DNA from: Squalus acanthias | Lineage: Eukaryota | Length of the DNA: 64,000 nucleotides | Direction of reading: 5' to 3' | NCBI GenBank assembly: GCA_030390025.1 | Contig: CM059438.1 | Location: forward strand, 58,468,001-58,532,000 | In this document: in pieces, positions 12,927 to 27,900 of the stretch | Layout of the letters: each line of letters begins with the position of its first letter | How positions within the stretch are numbered: the first letter of the stretch is position 1 | Program-made: the position numbers and the translations under genes | Notes under the pieces: model-generated | The model's database searches: none | What the model saw: only the letters and a program-made list of their open reading frames with translations | Told to the model about the DNA's origin: nothing

Positions 12927-15900
12927 AGCAGACTCTATGAATGAGAGACAGGGAACAGACAGACTGGTGAATGGAGCTGATACAGACAGCCTCTGGGAAT
13001 GGAGCTGGGTACAGACAGAATCTGGGAATGGAGCTGGGTACAAATAGACTGGGGAAATCAGCTAAGTGCAGAAAGACTCTGGAATGCAGCTGGGTGCAGA
13101 CAGACTCTGGGAATGGAGCTGGGTGCAGACAGACTCTGGGAATGGAGTTGAGTCCAGACAGACACTGGGAATTTAGCTGGGTCCGACAGACAGTGGGAAT
13201 GCAGCTGGGTACAGACAGACTCTGGAATGGAGCTGGGTACAGACAGACTCTGGGAATGGAGCTCGGTACTGACAGACTCTGGGAATGGAGCTGGGTACAG
13301 ACAGACTCTGGGGAATGGAGCTCGGTACTGGACAGACTCTGGAGATGGAGGTGGGTACAGGCAGACTCTGGGAATGGTGCTGGGTACAGAGAGACACTGG
13401 GAATGGAGCTGGGTACAGACAGACTCTGGGAATGGAGCTGTGTACAGATAGACTCTGGGGAATGGAGCTGGTTATAGACAGACTCAGGGGAATGGAGCTG
13501 GGTACGGACAGACTTTGGGGAATGGAGCTGGGTACAGAAAGACTGAGGAATGGCGTTGGGTACAGGCAGACTCTGGGGAAGGGAGCTGGGTACAGATAGA
13601 CTTTTGGGATGGAGCTGGGAATAGACAGTATCTGGGAATGGAGCTGGGCAGAGACAGACTCTGGGAATGGAGCTGGGTAGAGACAGACTCTGGGAATGGA
13701 GCTAAATACAGACAGACTCTGGGAATGGAGTTGGGTATAGACAGAATCCGGGAATGGAGCTGGGTACAGACAGTCTCTGGGAATGGAGATGAGTACAGAC
13801 AGAATCTGGGAATGGAGTTTGTTACAGACAGACTCCGGGAATGGAGCTGGGACAGACAGACTCTGTGAATGGAGCTGGTTACAGACAGACTCTTGGAATG
13901 GAGCTGGGTACAGGCTGACTCTGGGAATGGAGCTGTGTACAGAAAGACTCTGGGGAATGGAGCTGGGTACAGATAGACTGGGAAATGGAGCTATGTACAG
14001 ACAGAATCTGGGAATGGAGCTGGGTACAGACAGACTCTGCGAATGGAGCTGTGTACAGAAAGAGTCTGGGGAATGGAGCTGGGTACAGACAGCCTCTGGG
14101 AATGGAGCAGGTTACAAACTGACTGAGGAATGGAGCTGGGTACAGACAGACTCTGGGAATGGAGCTGGGTACTGAAAGAATCTGGGAATGGAGCGGGGTA
14201 AGACAGTCTCTGGGAATTGAGCTGTGTACAGACAGACTCTGCGAATGGAGATGGTTACAGAAGGACTCTGGGAATAGAGCTGGGTACAGACAAACTCGGG
14301 TAAATGGAATTGGGTACAGACAGACTGTGGAATCAAATCTGGGTGGACACAGACTCTGGGGAATGGAGCTGGGTACAGACAGAGACTGGGAATGGAGCTG
14401 GGTACAGACAGACTGGGGAATGGAGCTGGGTACAGACACACAGGTGAATGGATGTGCATACAGGCAGACTCTGGGGAATGGAGCTGGGTACAGACAGACT
14501 CTGGGAATAGAGCTGTGTACAGACACACTCTGGGAATGGAGCTGGGTACAGACAGACTCTGGGAATGGAGCTGGGTACAGATAGACTCGGGGAATGGAGT
14601 GGGGTAGAGACAGACTGGGTAATGAAGCTGGGTACAGACAGACTCTGGGGAGTGGAGTTGGGTACAGGCAGACTGTGGGAATGGAGCTGGGTAGAGACAG
14701 ACTGTGGAATGGAGCTTGTTTCAGGCAGACTCTGGGAATGGAGCTGGGTACAGACAGACTCTGGGAATGGAGCTGGGTACAGACAGACTCTGGGGAATGG
14801 AGCTGGGTACAGACAGACTCTGGGAATGGAGCTGGGTACAGACAGACTCTGGGGAATGGAGCTCGGTACTGGCAGACTCTGGAGAAGGGAGCTGGGTACA
14901 GACAGACTCTGGGAATGGGGCTCGGTACAGAAAGACTCTGGGGAATGGAGCTGGGTACAGACAAACTCTGGGGAATGGAGCTGGTTATAGACAGACTCAG
15001 GGGAATGGAGCTGGGTACTGACAGACTCTGGGAATGGAGCTGGTTACAGATAGACTCTGGGAATGGAGCTGTGTACAGAAAGACTCTGGGGAATGGAGCT
15101 GGGTACAGATAGACTGGGAAATGGAGCTGTGTACAGACAGAACCTGGGAATGGAGCTGGGTACAGACAGACTCTGGGGAATGGAGCTGGGTACAGACAGA
15201 CTCTGGGGAATGGAGCTGGGTAGAAACAGTCTGTGGAATGGAGCTGGTTTCAGGCAGACTCTGGGAATGGAGCTGGGTACAGACAGACTCTGGGGAATGG
15301 AGTTCGGTACAAAAAGACTCTGGGGAATGGAGCTGGGTACGGACAGACTCTGGGGAATGGAGCTCGGTACAGAAAGACTCTGGGGAATGGAGCTGGTTAT
15401 CGACAGACTCAGGGGAATGGAGCAGGGTACTGACAGACTTTTGGGATGGAGCTGGCTACTGAGAGACACTGGGGAATGGAGCTGTGTACAGACAGACTCT
15501 GGGGAAGGGAGCTGAGTACATACAAACTCTGGGATTTGAGATGGGTACAGACAGACTGCGGAATGGAGCTGAGCACAGACAGACTTTATGAATGCAGCTG
15601 GGCACAGACAGACTCTGGGAATGGAGCTGGGTATAGACAGAATCCGGGAATGGAGCTGGGTACAGACAGACTCTTGGAATGGAGCTGAGTACAAACAGAC
15701 TCTGGGAATGGAGCTGGGTGCAGGCTGACTCTGGGAATGGAGCTGGGTGCAGACAGAATGTGGAGATTGGAGTGGAGTGCAGGCAGACTCTATGAATGGA
15801 GCAGGGAACAGACAGACTGGTGAATGGAGCTGATACAGACAGCCTCTGGGAATGGAGCTGGGTACAGACAGAATCTGGGAATGGAGCTGGGTATAAATAG

Positions 15901-18900
15901 ACTGGGGAATCGAGCTAAGTGCAGAAAGACTCTGGGAATGCAGCAGGGTGCAGACAGACTCTGGGAATGGAGCTGGGTGCAGACAGACTCTGGGAATGTA
16001 GCTGGGTACAGACAGACACTGGGAATGCAGCTGGGTGCAGACAGACTCTGGGAATGGAGCTGGGTGCAGACAGACTCTGGGAATGTAGCTGGGTACAGAC
16101 AGACACTGGAAATGGAGCTGGGTCCAGACAGACTCTGGGAATGGAACTGAGTGTAGGCAGACTCTGTGAATGGAGCAGGGTACAGACATACTCCGGGAAT
16201 GGAGCTGGGCACAGACACACTCTGGGAATGGAGCTGGGTACAGAAATAATTTTTGACAGCAGATATGTAGAGAGAAACTCTGGGAATGTCGATGGGTACA
16301 GACAGAATCTGGGGAATGGAGCTGGGTGCAGACAGACACATGGAATGGAGCTGGGTACAGACAGACTCTTGGATTGGAGCTGAGTGCAGGCAGACTCTGT
16401 GAATAGAGCAGTGTACAGACAGACTCCGGGAATGGAGCTGGGAATAGACAGTATCTGGGAATGGAGCTGGGTAGATACAGACTCTGGGAATGGAGCTGGG
16501 TAGAGACAGACTCTGGGAATGGAGCTAAATACAGACAGACTCTGGGATTGGAGTTGGGTATAGACAGAATCCGGGAATGGAGCTGGGTACAGACAGTCTC
16601 TGGGAATGGAGATGAGTACAGACAGAATCTGGGAATGGAGTTTGTTACAGACAGACTCCGGGAATGGAGCTGGGACAGACAGACTCTGTGAATGGAGCTG
16701 GTTACAGACAGACTCTTGGAATGGAGCTGGGTACAGTCAGACTCTGGGAATGGAGATGTGTACAGACAGACTCTGGGATTGGAGCTGGATAATGACAGAC
16801 CCTGGTGAATTGAGCTGTGTACAGACAGATGCTGGCGAAGGGAACAAGGTACATGCTGACTTTGGGAATGTAATTGGTTACAGACAGACTCTGGGAATGG
16901 AGCTGGATACAGACAGACTCCAGTAATGCAGCTTGGTACAGACAGACTCTGGGAATGTAGCTGGGTGCAGACAGACTCTGGGAATGGAGCTGAGAGCAGG
17001 TACACTTTGTGAATAGAGCAGGGCACAGACAGACTCCAGGAATGGAGCTGGGCACAGTCACACTCTGGGAATGGAGCTGTGAGAACGACAGACTCTGGGG
17101 AATGGAGCTGGGTACAGACAGAATCTGGGAATAAAGATATGTAGAGAAAGAGTCTTTGGAATGGAGCTGGGTACAGTCAGACACTGGACATCTAGCTGTG
17201 TGCAGACAGACTTCTTGAATGGAGCCTGGTACAGACAGACTGCAGAACGGAGCTGGATACAGACAGACTGTGGGAATGGAGCTGCGTACAGTCAAATGCT
17301 GGCGAAGCGAGCTGGGTACAGACAGAGTCTGGGAATGGAGCTGGGTACAAATAGACTGGGGAATCGGGCTGGTAACAAACAGACTCTGGGAATGGAGCTG
17401 GGTGCAGACAGACTCCGGGAATGGAGCTGGGTACAGAGAGACACTGCGAATGGAGCTGGGTACAGACAGACTCTGGGAATGGAGTTGGGTACCGACAGAA
17501 TCTGGGGAATGGAGCTGGGTACAGACAGACTTTGGGAATGGTGCTGGGTACAGAGAGACTCTGGGGAATGGAGCTGGGTACAGACAGACTCTGGGAATGG
17601 AGATAGGTGCAAACAGACTGGGGAACCGATCTGGGTATATACAGACACTGGAAATTGAGCTGGGTACATACAGACACTGGGAATGGACCCGGGTACAGAC
17701 AGACACTTGGAATGGAGCTGGGTACAGACAGACTCTGGGATTGGAGCTGGGTGCAGGCAGACTCTGTGAATGGAGCTGGGTACAGACAGACTCTGAGAAT
17801 GCAGATACTTAGAGAGAGAATCTGGGAATGGAGCTGGGTACAGTCAGATTCTGGATATCGAGCTGTGTACAGACAGATTCTGGGGAATGTAGCTGCGCAC
17901 AGACAGACTCTGGGACTGAAGCTGGGTACAGTCAGACTGCGGAATGGTGCTGGGTACAGACAGATTTATGGAATGGAGCTGGGTACAGACAGACACTGGG
18001 AATGGAGCTGGGTACAGTCAGACTCTGGGAAACGAGCTATGTACAGACAGACTTCTTGAATGGAGCTGGGTACAGACAGACGCTGGGGAAATGAGCTTGG
18101 TACAGACAGACACTGCGAATGGAGCTGTGTTCAGAAAGACTCTGGGAATGGAGTTGGGCACAGACAGACTCTGGGAATGGAGCTGGGTATAAATAGACTG
18201 GGGAATCGAGCTAAGTGCAGAAAGACTCTAGGAATGCAGCTGGGTGCAGACAGACATCTGGGAATGGAGCTGGGTGCAGACAGACTCTGGGGAATGGAGC
18301 TCGGTACTGGCAGACTCTGAAGAATGGAGCTGGGTACAGGCAGACTCTGGGAATGGAGCTCGGTACAGAAAGACTCTGGGAATGGAGCTGGTTACAGGCA
18401 GACTCTGGGGAATGGAGCTCGGTACTGGCAGACTCTGAAGAATGGAGCTGTGTACAGACAGACTCTGGGGAATGGAGCTGGTTATAGACAGACTCAGGGG
18501 AATGGAGCTGGGTACTGACAGACTTTGGGGAATGGAGCTGGGTACAGACAGACTGAGGAATGGCGTTGGGTACAGGCAGACTATGGGGAAGGGAGCTGGG
18601 TACAGACAGACTTTTGGGATGGAGCTGGCTACTGAGAGACACTGGGGAATGGAGCTGTGTACAGACAGACTCTGGGGAAGGGAGTTGAGTACAGACAAAC
18701 TCTGGGATTTGAGATGGGAACAGACAGACTGCGGAATGGAGCTGAGCACAGACAGACTTTATGAATGCAGCTGGGCACAGACAGACTGGGGAATGGAGCT
18801 GGTTACAGATAGACTCTGGGAATGGAGCTGGGTATAGACAGAATCCGGGAATGGAGCTGGGTACAGACTCTTGGAATGGAGCTGAGTACAAACAGACTCT

Positions 18901-21900
18901 GGGAATGGAGCTGGGTGCAGGCTGACTCTGGGAATGGAGCTGGGTGCAGACAGAATGTGGAGATTGGAGTGCAGTGCAGGCAGACTCTATGAATGGAGCA
19001 GGGAACAGACAGACTGGTGAATGGAGCTGATACAGACAGCCTCTGGGAATGGAGCTGGGTACAGACAGAATCTGGGAATGGAGCTGGGTATAAATAGACT
19101 GGGGAATCGAGCTAAGTGCAGACAGACTCTGGGAATGGAGCTGGGTGCAGACAGACTCTGGGAATGTAGCTGGGTACAGACAGACACTGGGAATGCAGCT
19201 GGGTGCAGACAGACTCTGGGAATGGAGCTGGGTGCAGACAGACTCTGGGAATGTAGCTGGGTACAGACAGACACTGGGAATGGAGCTGGGTCCAGACAGA
19301 CTCTGGGAATGGAGCTGAGTGTAGGCAGACTCTGTGAATGGAGCAGGGTACAGACATACTCCAGGAATGGAGCTGGGCACAGACACACTCTGGGAATGGA
19401 GCTGGGTACAGAAATAATTTTTGAAAGCAGATATGTAGAGAGAAACTCTGGGAATGGAGATGGGTACAGACAGAATCTGGGGAATGGAGCTGGGTGCAGA
19501 CAGATACATGGAATGGAGCTGGGTACAGACAGACTCTTGGATTGGAGCTGAGTGCAGGCAGACTCTGTGAATAGAGCAGTGTACAGACAGACTCCGGGAA
19601 TGGAGCTGGGCACAGACAGACTCTGTGAATGGAGCTGCGTACAGACAGACTCTGGGAATGGAGCTGGGAATAGACAGTATCGGGAATGGAGCTGGGTAGA
19701 GACAGACTCTGGGAATGGAGCTGGGTAGAGACAGACTCTGGGAATGGAGCTAAATACAGACAGACTCTGGGAATGGAGTTGGGTATAGACAGAATCCGGG
19801 AATGGAGCTGGGTACAGACAGTCTCTGGGAATGGAGATGAGTACAGACAGAATCTGGGAATGGAGTTTGTTACAGACAGACTCCGGGAATGGAGCTGGGT
19901 ACAGGCTGACTCTGGGAATGGAGCTGGGTACAGTCAGACTCTGGGAATGGAGCTGTGTACAGTCAGACTCTGGGAATGGAGCTGGGGACAGACAGACTCT
20001 GTGAATGGAGCTGGGTACAGACAGACTCTTGGAATGGAGCTGGGTACAGACAGACTCTGGGAATGGAGCTGGGTACAGTCAGACTCTGGGAATGGAGCTG
20101 TGTACAGACAGACTCTGGGGAATGTTAGCTGGGTACAGTCAGACTCTGGGAATGGAGCTGTGTACAGACAGACTCTGGGGAATGTTAGCTGGGAACAGTC
20201 AGACTCTGGGAATGGAGCTGTGTACAGACATACTCTGGGAATGGAGCTGGATAATGACAGACTCTGGTGAATTGAGCTGTGTACAGACAGATGCTGGGGA
20301 AGGGAACAAGGTACATGCAGACTTTGGGAATGTAATTGGTTACAGACAGACTCTGGGAATGGAGCTGGATACAGACAGACTCCAGTAATGCAGCTTGGTA
20401 CAGACAGACTCTGGGAATGTAGCTGGGTGCAGACAGACTCTGGGAATGGAGCTGAGAGCAGGTACACTTTGTGAATAGAGCAGGGTACAGACAGACTCTG
20501 GGGAATGGAGCTGGGTACAGACAGAATCTGGGAATAAAGATATGTAGAGAAAGAGTCTTTGGAATGGAGCTGGGTACAGTCAGACACTGGACATCTAGCT
20601 GTGTGCAGACAGACTTCTTGAATGGAGCCTGGTGCAGACAGACTGCAGAATGGAGCTGGATACAGACAGACTGTGGGAATGGAGCTGGGTACATTCAAAT
20701 GCTGGGGAAGGGAGCTGGGTACAGACAGAGTCTGGGAATGGAGCTGGGTACCGACAGAATCTGGGGAATGGAGCTGGGTACAAATAGACTGGGGAATGGA
20801 GCTGGGTACAGAGAGACACTGCGAATGGAGCTGGGTACAGACAGACTCTGGGAATGGAGTTGGGTACCGACAGAATCTGGGGAATGGAGCTTGGTACAGA
20901 CAGACTCTGGGAATGGAGATAGGTGCAAACAGACTGGGGAACCGATCTGGGTATATACAGACACTGGAAATTGAGCTGGGTACATACAGACACTGGGAAT
21001 GGACCCGGGTACAGACAGACACTTGGAATGGAGCTGGGTACAGACAGACTCTGAGAATGCAGATACTTAGAGAGAGAATCTGGGAATGGAGCTGGTTACA
21101 GTCAGATTCTGGATATCGAGCTGTGTACAGACAGATTCTGGGGAATGTAGCTGAGCACAGACAGACTCTGGGACTGAAGCTGGGTACAGTCAGACTGCGG
21201 AATGGTGCTGGGTACAGACAGATTTATGGAATGGAGCTGGGTACAGACAGACAGTGGAAATGGAGCTGGGTACAGTCAGACTCTGGGAAACGAGCTATGT
21301 ACAGACAGACTTCTTGAATGGAGCTGGGTACAGACAGACGCTGGGGAAATGAGCTGGGTACAGACAGACACTGCGAATGGAGCTGTGTTCAGAAAGACTC
21401 TGGGAATGGGGTTGGGCATAGACAGACTCTGGGAATGGTGCTGGGTACAGACAGATTTATGGAATGGAGCTGGGTACAGACAGACACTGGGAATGGAGCT
21501 GGTTACAGACAGACTCTGGGGAATGGAGCTGAGTACAAACAGACTCTGGGAATGGAAATGGGTGCAGGCTGACTCTGGGAATGGAGGTGGGTGCAGACAG
21601 AATGTGGAGATTGGAGTGGAGTACAGGCAGACTCTATGAATGGAGCAGGGAACAGACAGACTGGTGAATGGAGCTGATACAGACAGCCTCTGGGAATGGA
21701 GCTGGGTATAAATAGACTGTGGAATCGAGCTAAGTGCAGAATGACTCTGGGAATGCAGCTGGGTGCAGACAGACTCTGGGAATGGAGCTGGGTGCAGACA
21801 GACTCTGGGAATGTAGCTGGGTGCAGACAGACTCTGGGAATGGAGCTGGGTGCAGACAGACTCTGGAAATGGAGCTGGGTGCAGACAGACTCTGTGAATG

Positions 21901-24900
21901 GAGCAGGGTACAGACATACTCCAGGAATGGAGCTGGGCACAGACACACTCTGGGAATGGAGCTGGGTACAGAAATAATTTTTGAAAGCAGATATGTAGAG
22001 AGAAACTCTGGGAATGGAGATGGGTACAGACAGAATCTGGGGAATGGAGCTGGGTGCAGACAGATACATGGAATGGAGCTGGGTACAGACAGACTCTTGG
22101 ATTGGAGCTGAGTGCAGGCAGACTCTGTGAATAGAGCAGTGTACAGACAGACTCCGGGAATGGAGCTGGGCATAGACAGACTCTGGGAATGGAGATGTGT
22201 ACAGACAGACTCTGGTAATGGAGCTGGGCACAGACAGACTCTGTGAATGGAGCTGCGTACAGACAGACTCTGGGAATGGAGCTGGGAATAGACAGTATCT
22301 GGGAATGGAGCTGGGTAGAGACAGACTCTGGGAATGGAGCTGGGTAGAGACAGACTCTGGGAATGGAGCTAAATACAGACAGACTCTGGGAATGGAGTTG
22401 GGTATAGACAGAATCCGGGAATGGAGCTGGGTACAGACAGTCTCTGGGAATGGAGATGAGTACAGACAGAATCTGGGAATGGAGTTTGTTACAGACAGAC
22501 TCCGGGAATGGAGCTGGGTACAGGCTGACTCTGGGAATGGAGCTGGGTACAGTCAGACTCTGGGAATGGAGCTGTGTACAGTCAGACTCCGGGAATGGAG
22601 CTGGGGACAGACAGACTCTGTGAATGGAGCTGGGTACAGACAGACTCTTGGAATGGAGCTGGGTACAGACAGACTCTGGGAATGGAGCTGGGTACAGTCA
22701 GACTCTGGGAATGGAGCTGTGTACAGACAGACTCTGGGGAATGTTAGCTGGGTACAGTCAGACTCTGGGAATGGAGCTGTGTACAGACAGACTCTGGGGA
22801 ATGTTAGCTGGGAACAGTCAGACTCTGGGAATGGAGCTGTGTACAGACATACTCTGGGAATGGAGCTGGATAATGACAGACTCTGGTGAATTGAGCTGTG
22901 TACAGACAGATGCTGGGGAAGGGAACAAGGTACATGCAGACTTTGGGAATGTAATTGGTTACAGACAGACTCTGGGAATGGAGCTGGATACAGACAGACT
23001 CCAGTAATGCAGCTTGGTACAGACAGACTCTGGGAATGTAGCTGGGTGCAGACAGACTCTGGGAATGGAGCTGAGAGCAGGTACACTTTGTGAATAGAGC
23101 AGTGTACAGACAGACTCTGGGGAATGGAGCTGGGTACAGACAGACTCTGGGACTGAAGCTGGGTACAGTCAGACTGCGGAATGGTGCTGGGTACAGACAG
23201 ATTTATGGAATGGAGCTGGGTACAGACAGACACTGGGAATGGAGCTGGTTACAGACAGACTCTTGGAATGGAGCTGAGTATAAACAGACTCTGGGAATGG
23301 AAATGGGTGCAGGCTGACTCTGGGAATGGAGGTGGGTGCAGACAGAATGTGGAGATTGGAGTGGAGTACAGGCAGACTCTATGAATGGAGCAGGGAACAG
23401 ACAGACTGGTGAATGGAGCTGATACAGACAGCCTCTGGGAATGGAGCTGGGTATAAATAGACTGTGGAATCGAGCTAAGTGCAGAATGACTCTGGGAATG
23501 CAGCTGGGTGCAGACAGACTCTGGGAATGGAGCTGGGTGCAGACAGACTCTGGGAATGTAGCTGGGTGCAGACAGACTCTGGGAATGGAGCTGGGTGCAG
23601 ACAGACTCTGGGAATGGAGCTGGGTGCAGACAGACTCTGTGAATGGAGCAGGGTACAGACATACTCCAGGAATGGAGCTGGGCACAGACACACTCTGGGA
23701 ATGGAGCTGGGTACAGAAATAATTTTTGAAAGCAGATATGTAGAGAGAAACTCTGGGAATGGAGATGGGTACAGACAGACTCTGGGGAATGGAGCTGGGT
23801 ACAGACAGAATCTGGGAATAAAGATATGTAGAGAAAGAGTCTTTGGAATGGAGCTGGGTACAGTCAGACACTGGACATCTAGCTGTCTGCAGACAGACTT
23901 CTTGAATGGAGCCTGGTACAGACAGACTGCAGAATGGAGCTGGATACAGACAGACTGTGGGAATGGAGCTGGGTACAGTCAAATGCTGGGGAAGGGAGCT
24001 GGGTACAGACAGAGTCTGGGAATGGAGCTGGGTACCGACAGAATCTGGGGAATGGAGCTGGGTACAAATAGACTGGGGAATGGAGCTGGGTACAGAGAGA
24101 CACTGCGAATGGAGCTGGGTACAGACAGAGTCTGGGAATGGAGCTGGGTACCGACAGAATCTGGGGAATGGAGCTGGGTACAAATAGACTGGGGAATGGA
24201 GCTGGGTACAGAGAGATACTGCGAATGGAGCTGGGTACAGACAGACTCTGGGAATGGAGTTGGGTACCGACAGAATCTGGGGAATGGAGCTGGGTACAGA
24301 CAGACTCTGGGAATGGAGATAGGTGCAAACAGACTGGGGAACCGATCTGGGTATATACAGACACTGGAAATTGAGCTGGGTACATACAGACACTGGGAAT
24401 GGACCCGGGTACAGACAGACACTTGGAATGGAGCTGGGTACAGACAGACTCTGAGAATGCAGATACTTAGAGAGAGAATCTGGGAATGGAGCTGGTTACA
24501 GTCAGATTCTGGATATCGAGCTGTGTACAGACAGATTCTGGGGAATGTAGCTGCGCACAGTCAGACTCTGGGACTGAAGCTGGGTACAGTCAGACTGCGG
24601 AATGGTGCTGGGTACAGACAGATTTATGGAATGGAGCTGGGTACAGACAGACACTGGAAATGGAGCTGGGTACAGTCAGACTCTGGGAAACGAGCTATGT
24701 ACAGACAGACTTCTTGAATGGAGCTGGGTACAGACAGACGCTTGGAATCGAGCTGTGTACAGACAGACTTCTTGAATGGAGCTGGGTACAGACAGACGCT
24801 GGGGAAATGAACTGGGTACAGACAGACACTGCGAATGGAGCTGTGTTCAGAAAGACTCTGGGAATGGAGTTGGGCATAGACAGACTCTGGGAATGGAGCT

Positions 24901-27900
24901 GGGTACAGGCAGACTCTGGGAATGGAGCTGGGTACAGTCAGACTCTGGGACTGAAGCTGGGTACAGTCAGACTGTGGAATGGTGCTGGGTACAGACAGAT
25001 TTATGGAATGGAATGTTATGAAAGACTCTGGGAATGGAGTTGGGCATAGACAGACTCTGGATATCGAGCTGGGTGCAGACAGACTCTGGGAATGGAGCTG
25101 GGTGCAGACAGACTCTGGGAATGCAGCTGGGCACAGACAGACACTGGGAATGGAGCTGGGTCCAGACAGACTCTGGGAATGGAGCTGAGTGTCGGCAGAC
25201 TCTGTGAATGGAGCTGGGTACAGACATACTCCGGGAATGGAGCTGGGCACAGACACACTCTGGGAATGGAGCTGGGTACAGAAATAATTTTGGAAAGCAG
25301 ATATGTAGAGAGAAACTCTGGGGAAGGGAGCTGGGTACAGACAGACTGTTGGGATTTAGCTGGCTACTGAGAGACACTGGGGAATGGAGCTGTGTACAGA
25401 TAGACTGGTGAATGAATCTGTGTACAGACAGACTCTGGGGAAGGGAGCTGAGTACATACAAACTCTGGGATTTGAGATGGGTACAGACAGACTGCGGAAT
25501 GGAGCTGAGCACAGACAGACTTTATGAATGCAGCTGGGCACAGACAGACTGGGGAATGGAGCTGGTTACAGATAGACTCTGGGAATGGAGCTGGGTATAG
25601 ACAAAATCGGGAATGGAGCTGGGTACAGACAGACTCTTGGAATGGAGCTGAGTACAAACAGACTCTGGGAATGGAGCTGGGTGCAGGCTGACTCTGGGAA
25701 TGGAGGTGGGTGCGGACAGAATGTGGAGATTGGAGAGGAGTGCAGGCAGACTCTATGAATGGAGCAGGGAACAGACAGACTGGTGAATGGAGCTGATACA
25801 GACAGCCTCTGGGAATGGAGCTGGGTACAGACAGCCTCTGCGAATGCAGCTGGGTGCAGACAGAATCTGGGAATGGAGCTGGGTGCAGACAGACACTGGG
25901 AATGCAGCTGGGTGCAGACAGACTCTGGGAATGTAGCTGGGTACAGACAGACACTGGGAATGGAGCTGGGTCCAGACAGACTCTGGGAATGGAACTGAGT
26001 GTAGGCAGACTCTGTGAATGGAGCAGGGTACAGACATACTCCGGGAATGGAGCTGGGCACAGACACACTCTGGGAATGGAGCTGGGTACAGAAATAATTT
26101 TTGAAAGCAGATATGTATTGAGAAACTCTGGGAATGGAGATGGGTACAGACAGAATCTGGGGAATGGAGCTGGGTGCAGACAGACACATGGAATGGAGCT
26201 GGGTACAGACAGACTCTTGGATTGGAGCTGGGCATAGACAGACTCTGGGAATGGAGATGTGTACAGACAGACTCTGGTAATGGAGCTGGGCACAGACAGA
26301 CTCTGTGAATGGAGCTGCGTACAGACAGACTCTGGGAATGGAGCTGGGAATAGACAGTATCTGGGAATGGAGCTGGGTAGAGACAGACTCTGGGAATGGA
26401 GCTGGGTAGAGACAGACTCTGGGAATGGAGCTAAATACAGACAGACTCTAGGAATGGAGTTGGGTATAGACAGAATCCGGGAATGGAGCTGGGTACAGAC
26501 AGTCTCTGGGAATGGAGATGAGTACAGACAGAATCTGGGAATGGAGTTTGTTACAGACAGACTCCGGGAATGGAGCTGGGTACAGGCTGACTCTGGGAAT
26601 GGAGCTGGGTACAGTCAGACTCTGGGAATGGAGCTGTGTACAGACAGACTCTGGGAAATGTTAGCTGGGAACAGTCAGACTCTGGGAATGGAGCTGTGTA
26701 CAGACAGACTCTGTGAATGGAGCTGGGTACAGACAGACTCTTGGAATGGAGCTGGGTACAGGCTGACTCTTGGAATGGAGCTGGGTACAGGCTGACTCTG
26801 GGAATGGAGCTGGGTACAGTCAGACTCTGGGAATGGAGCTGTGTACAGACATACTCTGGGAATGGAGCTGGATAATGACAGACTCTGGTGAATTGAGCTG
26901 TGTACAGACAGATGCTGGGGAAGGGAACAAGGTACATGCAGACTTTGGGAATGTAACTGGTTACAGACAGACTCTGGGAATGGAGCTGGATACAGACAGA
27001 CTCCAGTAATGCAGCTTGGTACAGACAGACTCTGGGAATGTAGCTGGGTGCAGACAGACTCTGGGAATGGAGCTGAGAGCAGGTACACTTTGTGAATAGA
27101 GCAGGGTACAGACAAACTCCGGGAATGGAGCTGGGCACAGTCACACTCTGGGAATGGAGCTGGGAGAACGACAGACTCTGGGGAATGGAGCTGTGTACAG
27201 ACAGAATCTGGGAATAAAGATATGTAGAGAAAGAGTCTTTGGAATGGAGCTGGGTACAGTCAGACACTGGACATCTAGCTGTGTGCAGACAGACTTCTTG
27301 AATGGAGCCTGGTACAGACAGACTGCAGAATGGAGCTGGATACAGACAGACTGTGGGAATGGAGCTGGGTGCAGTCAAATGCTGGAGAAGGGAGCTGGGT
27401 ACAGATGGAGTCTGGGAATGGAGCTGGGTACAAATAGACTGGGGAATGGAGCTGGGTACAGACAGACACTTGGAATGGAGCTGGGTACAGACAGACGCTG
27501 GGATTGGAGCTGGGTGCAGGCAGACTCTGTGAATGGAGCTGGGTACAGACAGACTCTGAGAATGCAGATACTTAGTGAGAGAATCTGGGAATGGAGCTGG
27601 GTACAGTCAGATTCTGGATATCGAGCTGTGTACAGACAGATTCTGGGGAATGTAGCTGCGCACAGACAGACTCTGGGACTGAAGCTGGGTACAGTCAGAC
27701 TGCGGAATGGTGCTGGGTACAGACAGATTTATGGAATGGAGCTGGGTACAGACAGACACTGGGAATGGAGCTGGGTACAGTCAGACTCTGGGAAATTAGC
27801 TATGTACAGACAGACTTCTTGAATGGAGCTGGGTACAGACAGACGCTGGGAATCGAGCTGTGTACAGACAGACTTCTTGAATGGAGCTGGGTACAGACAG

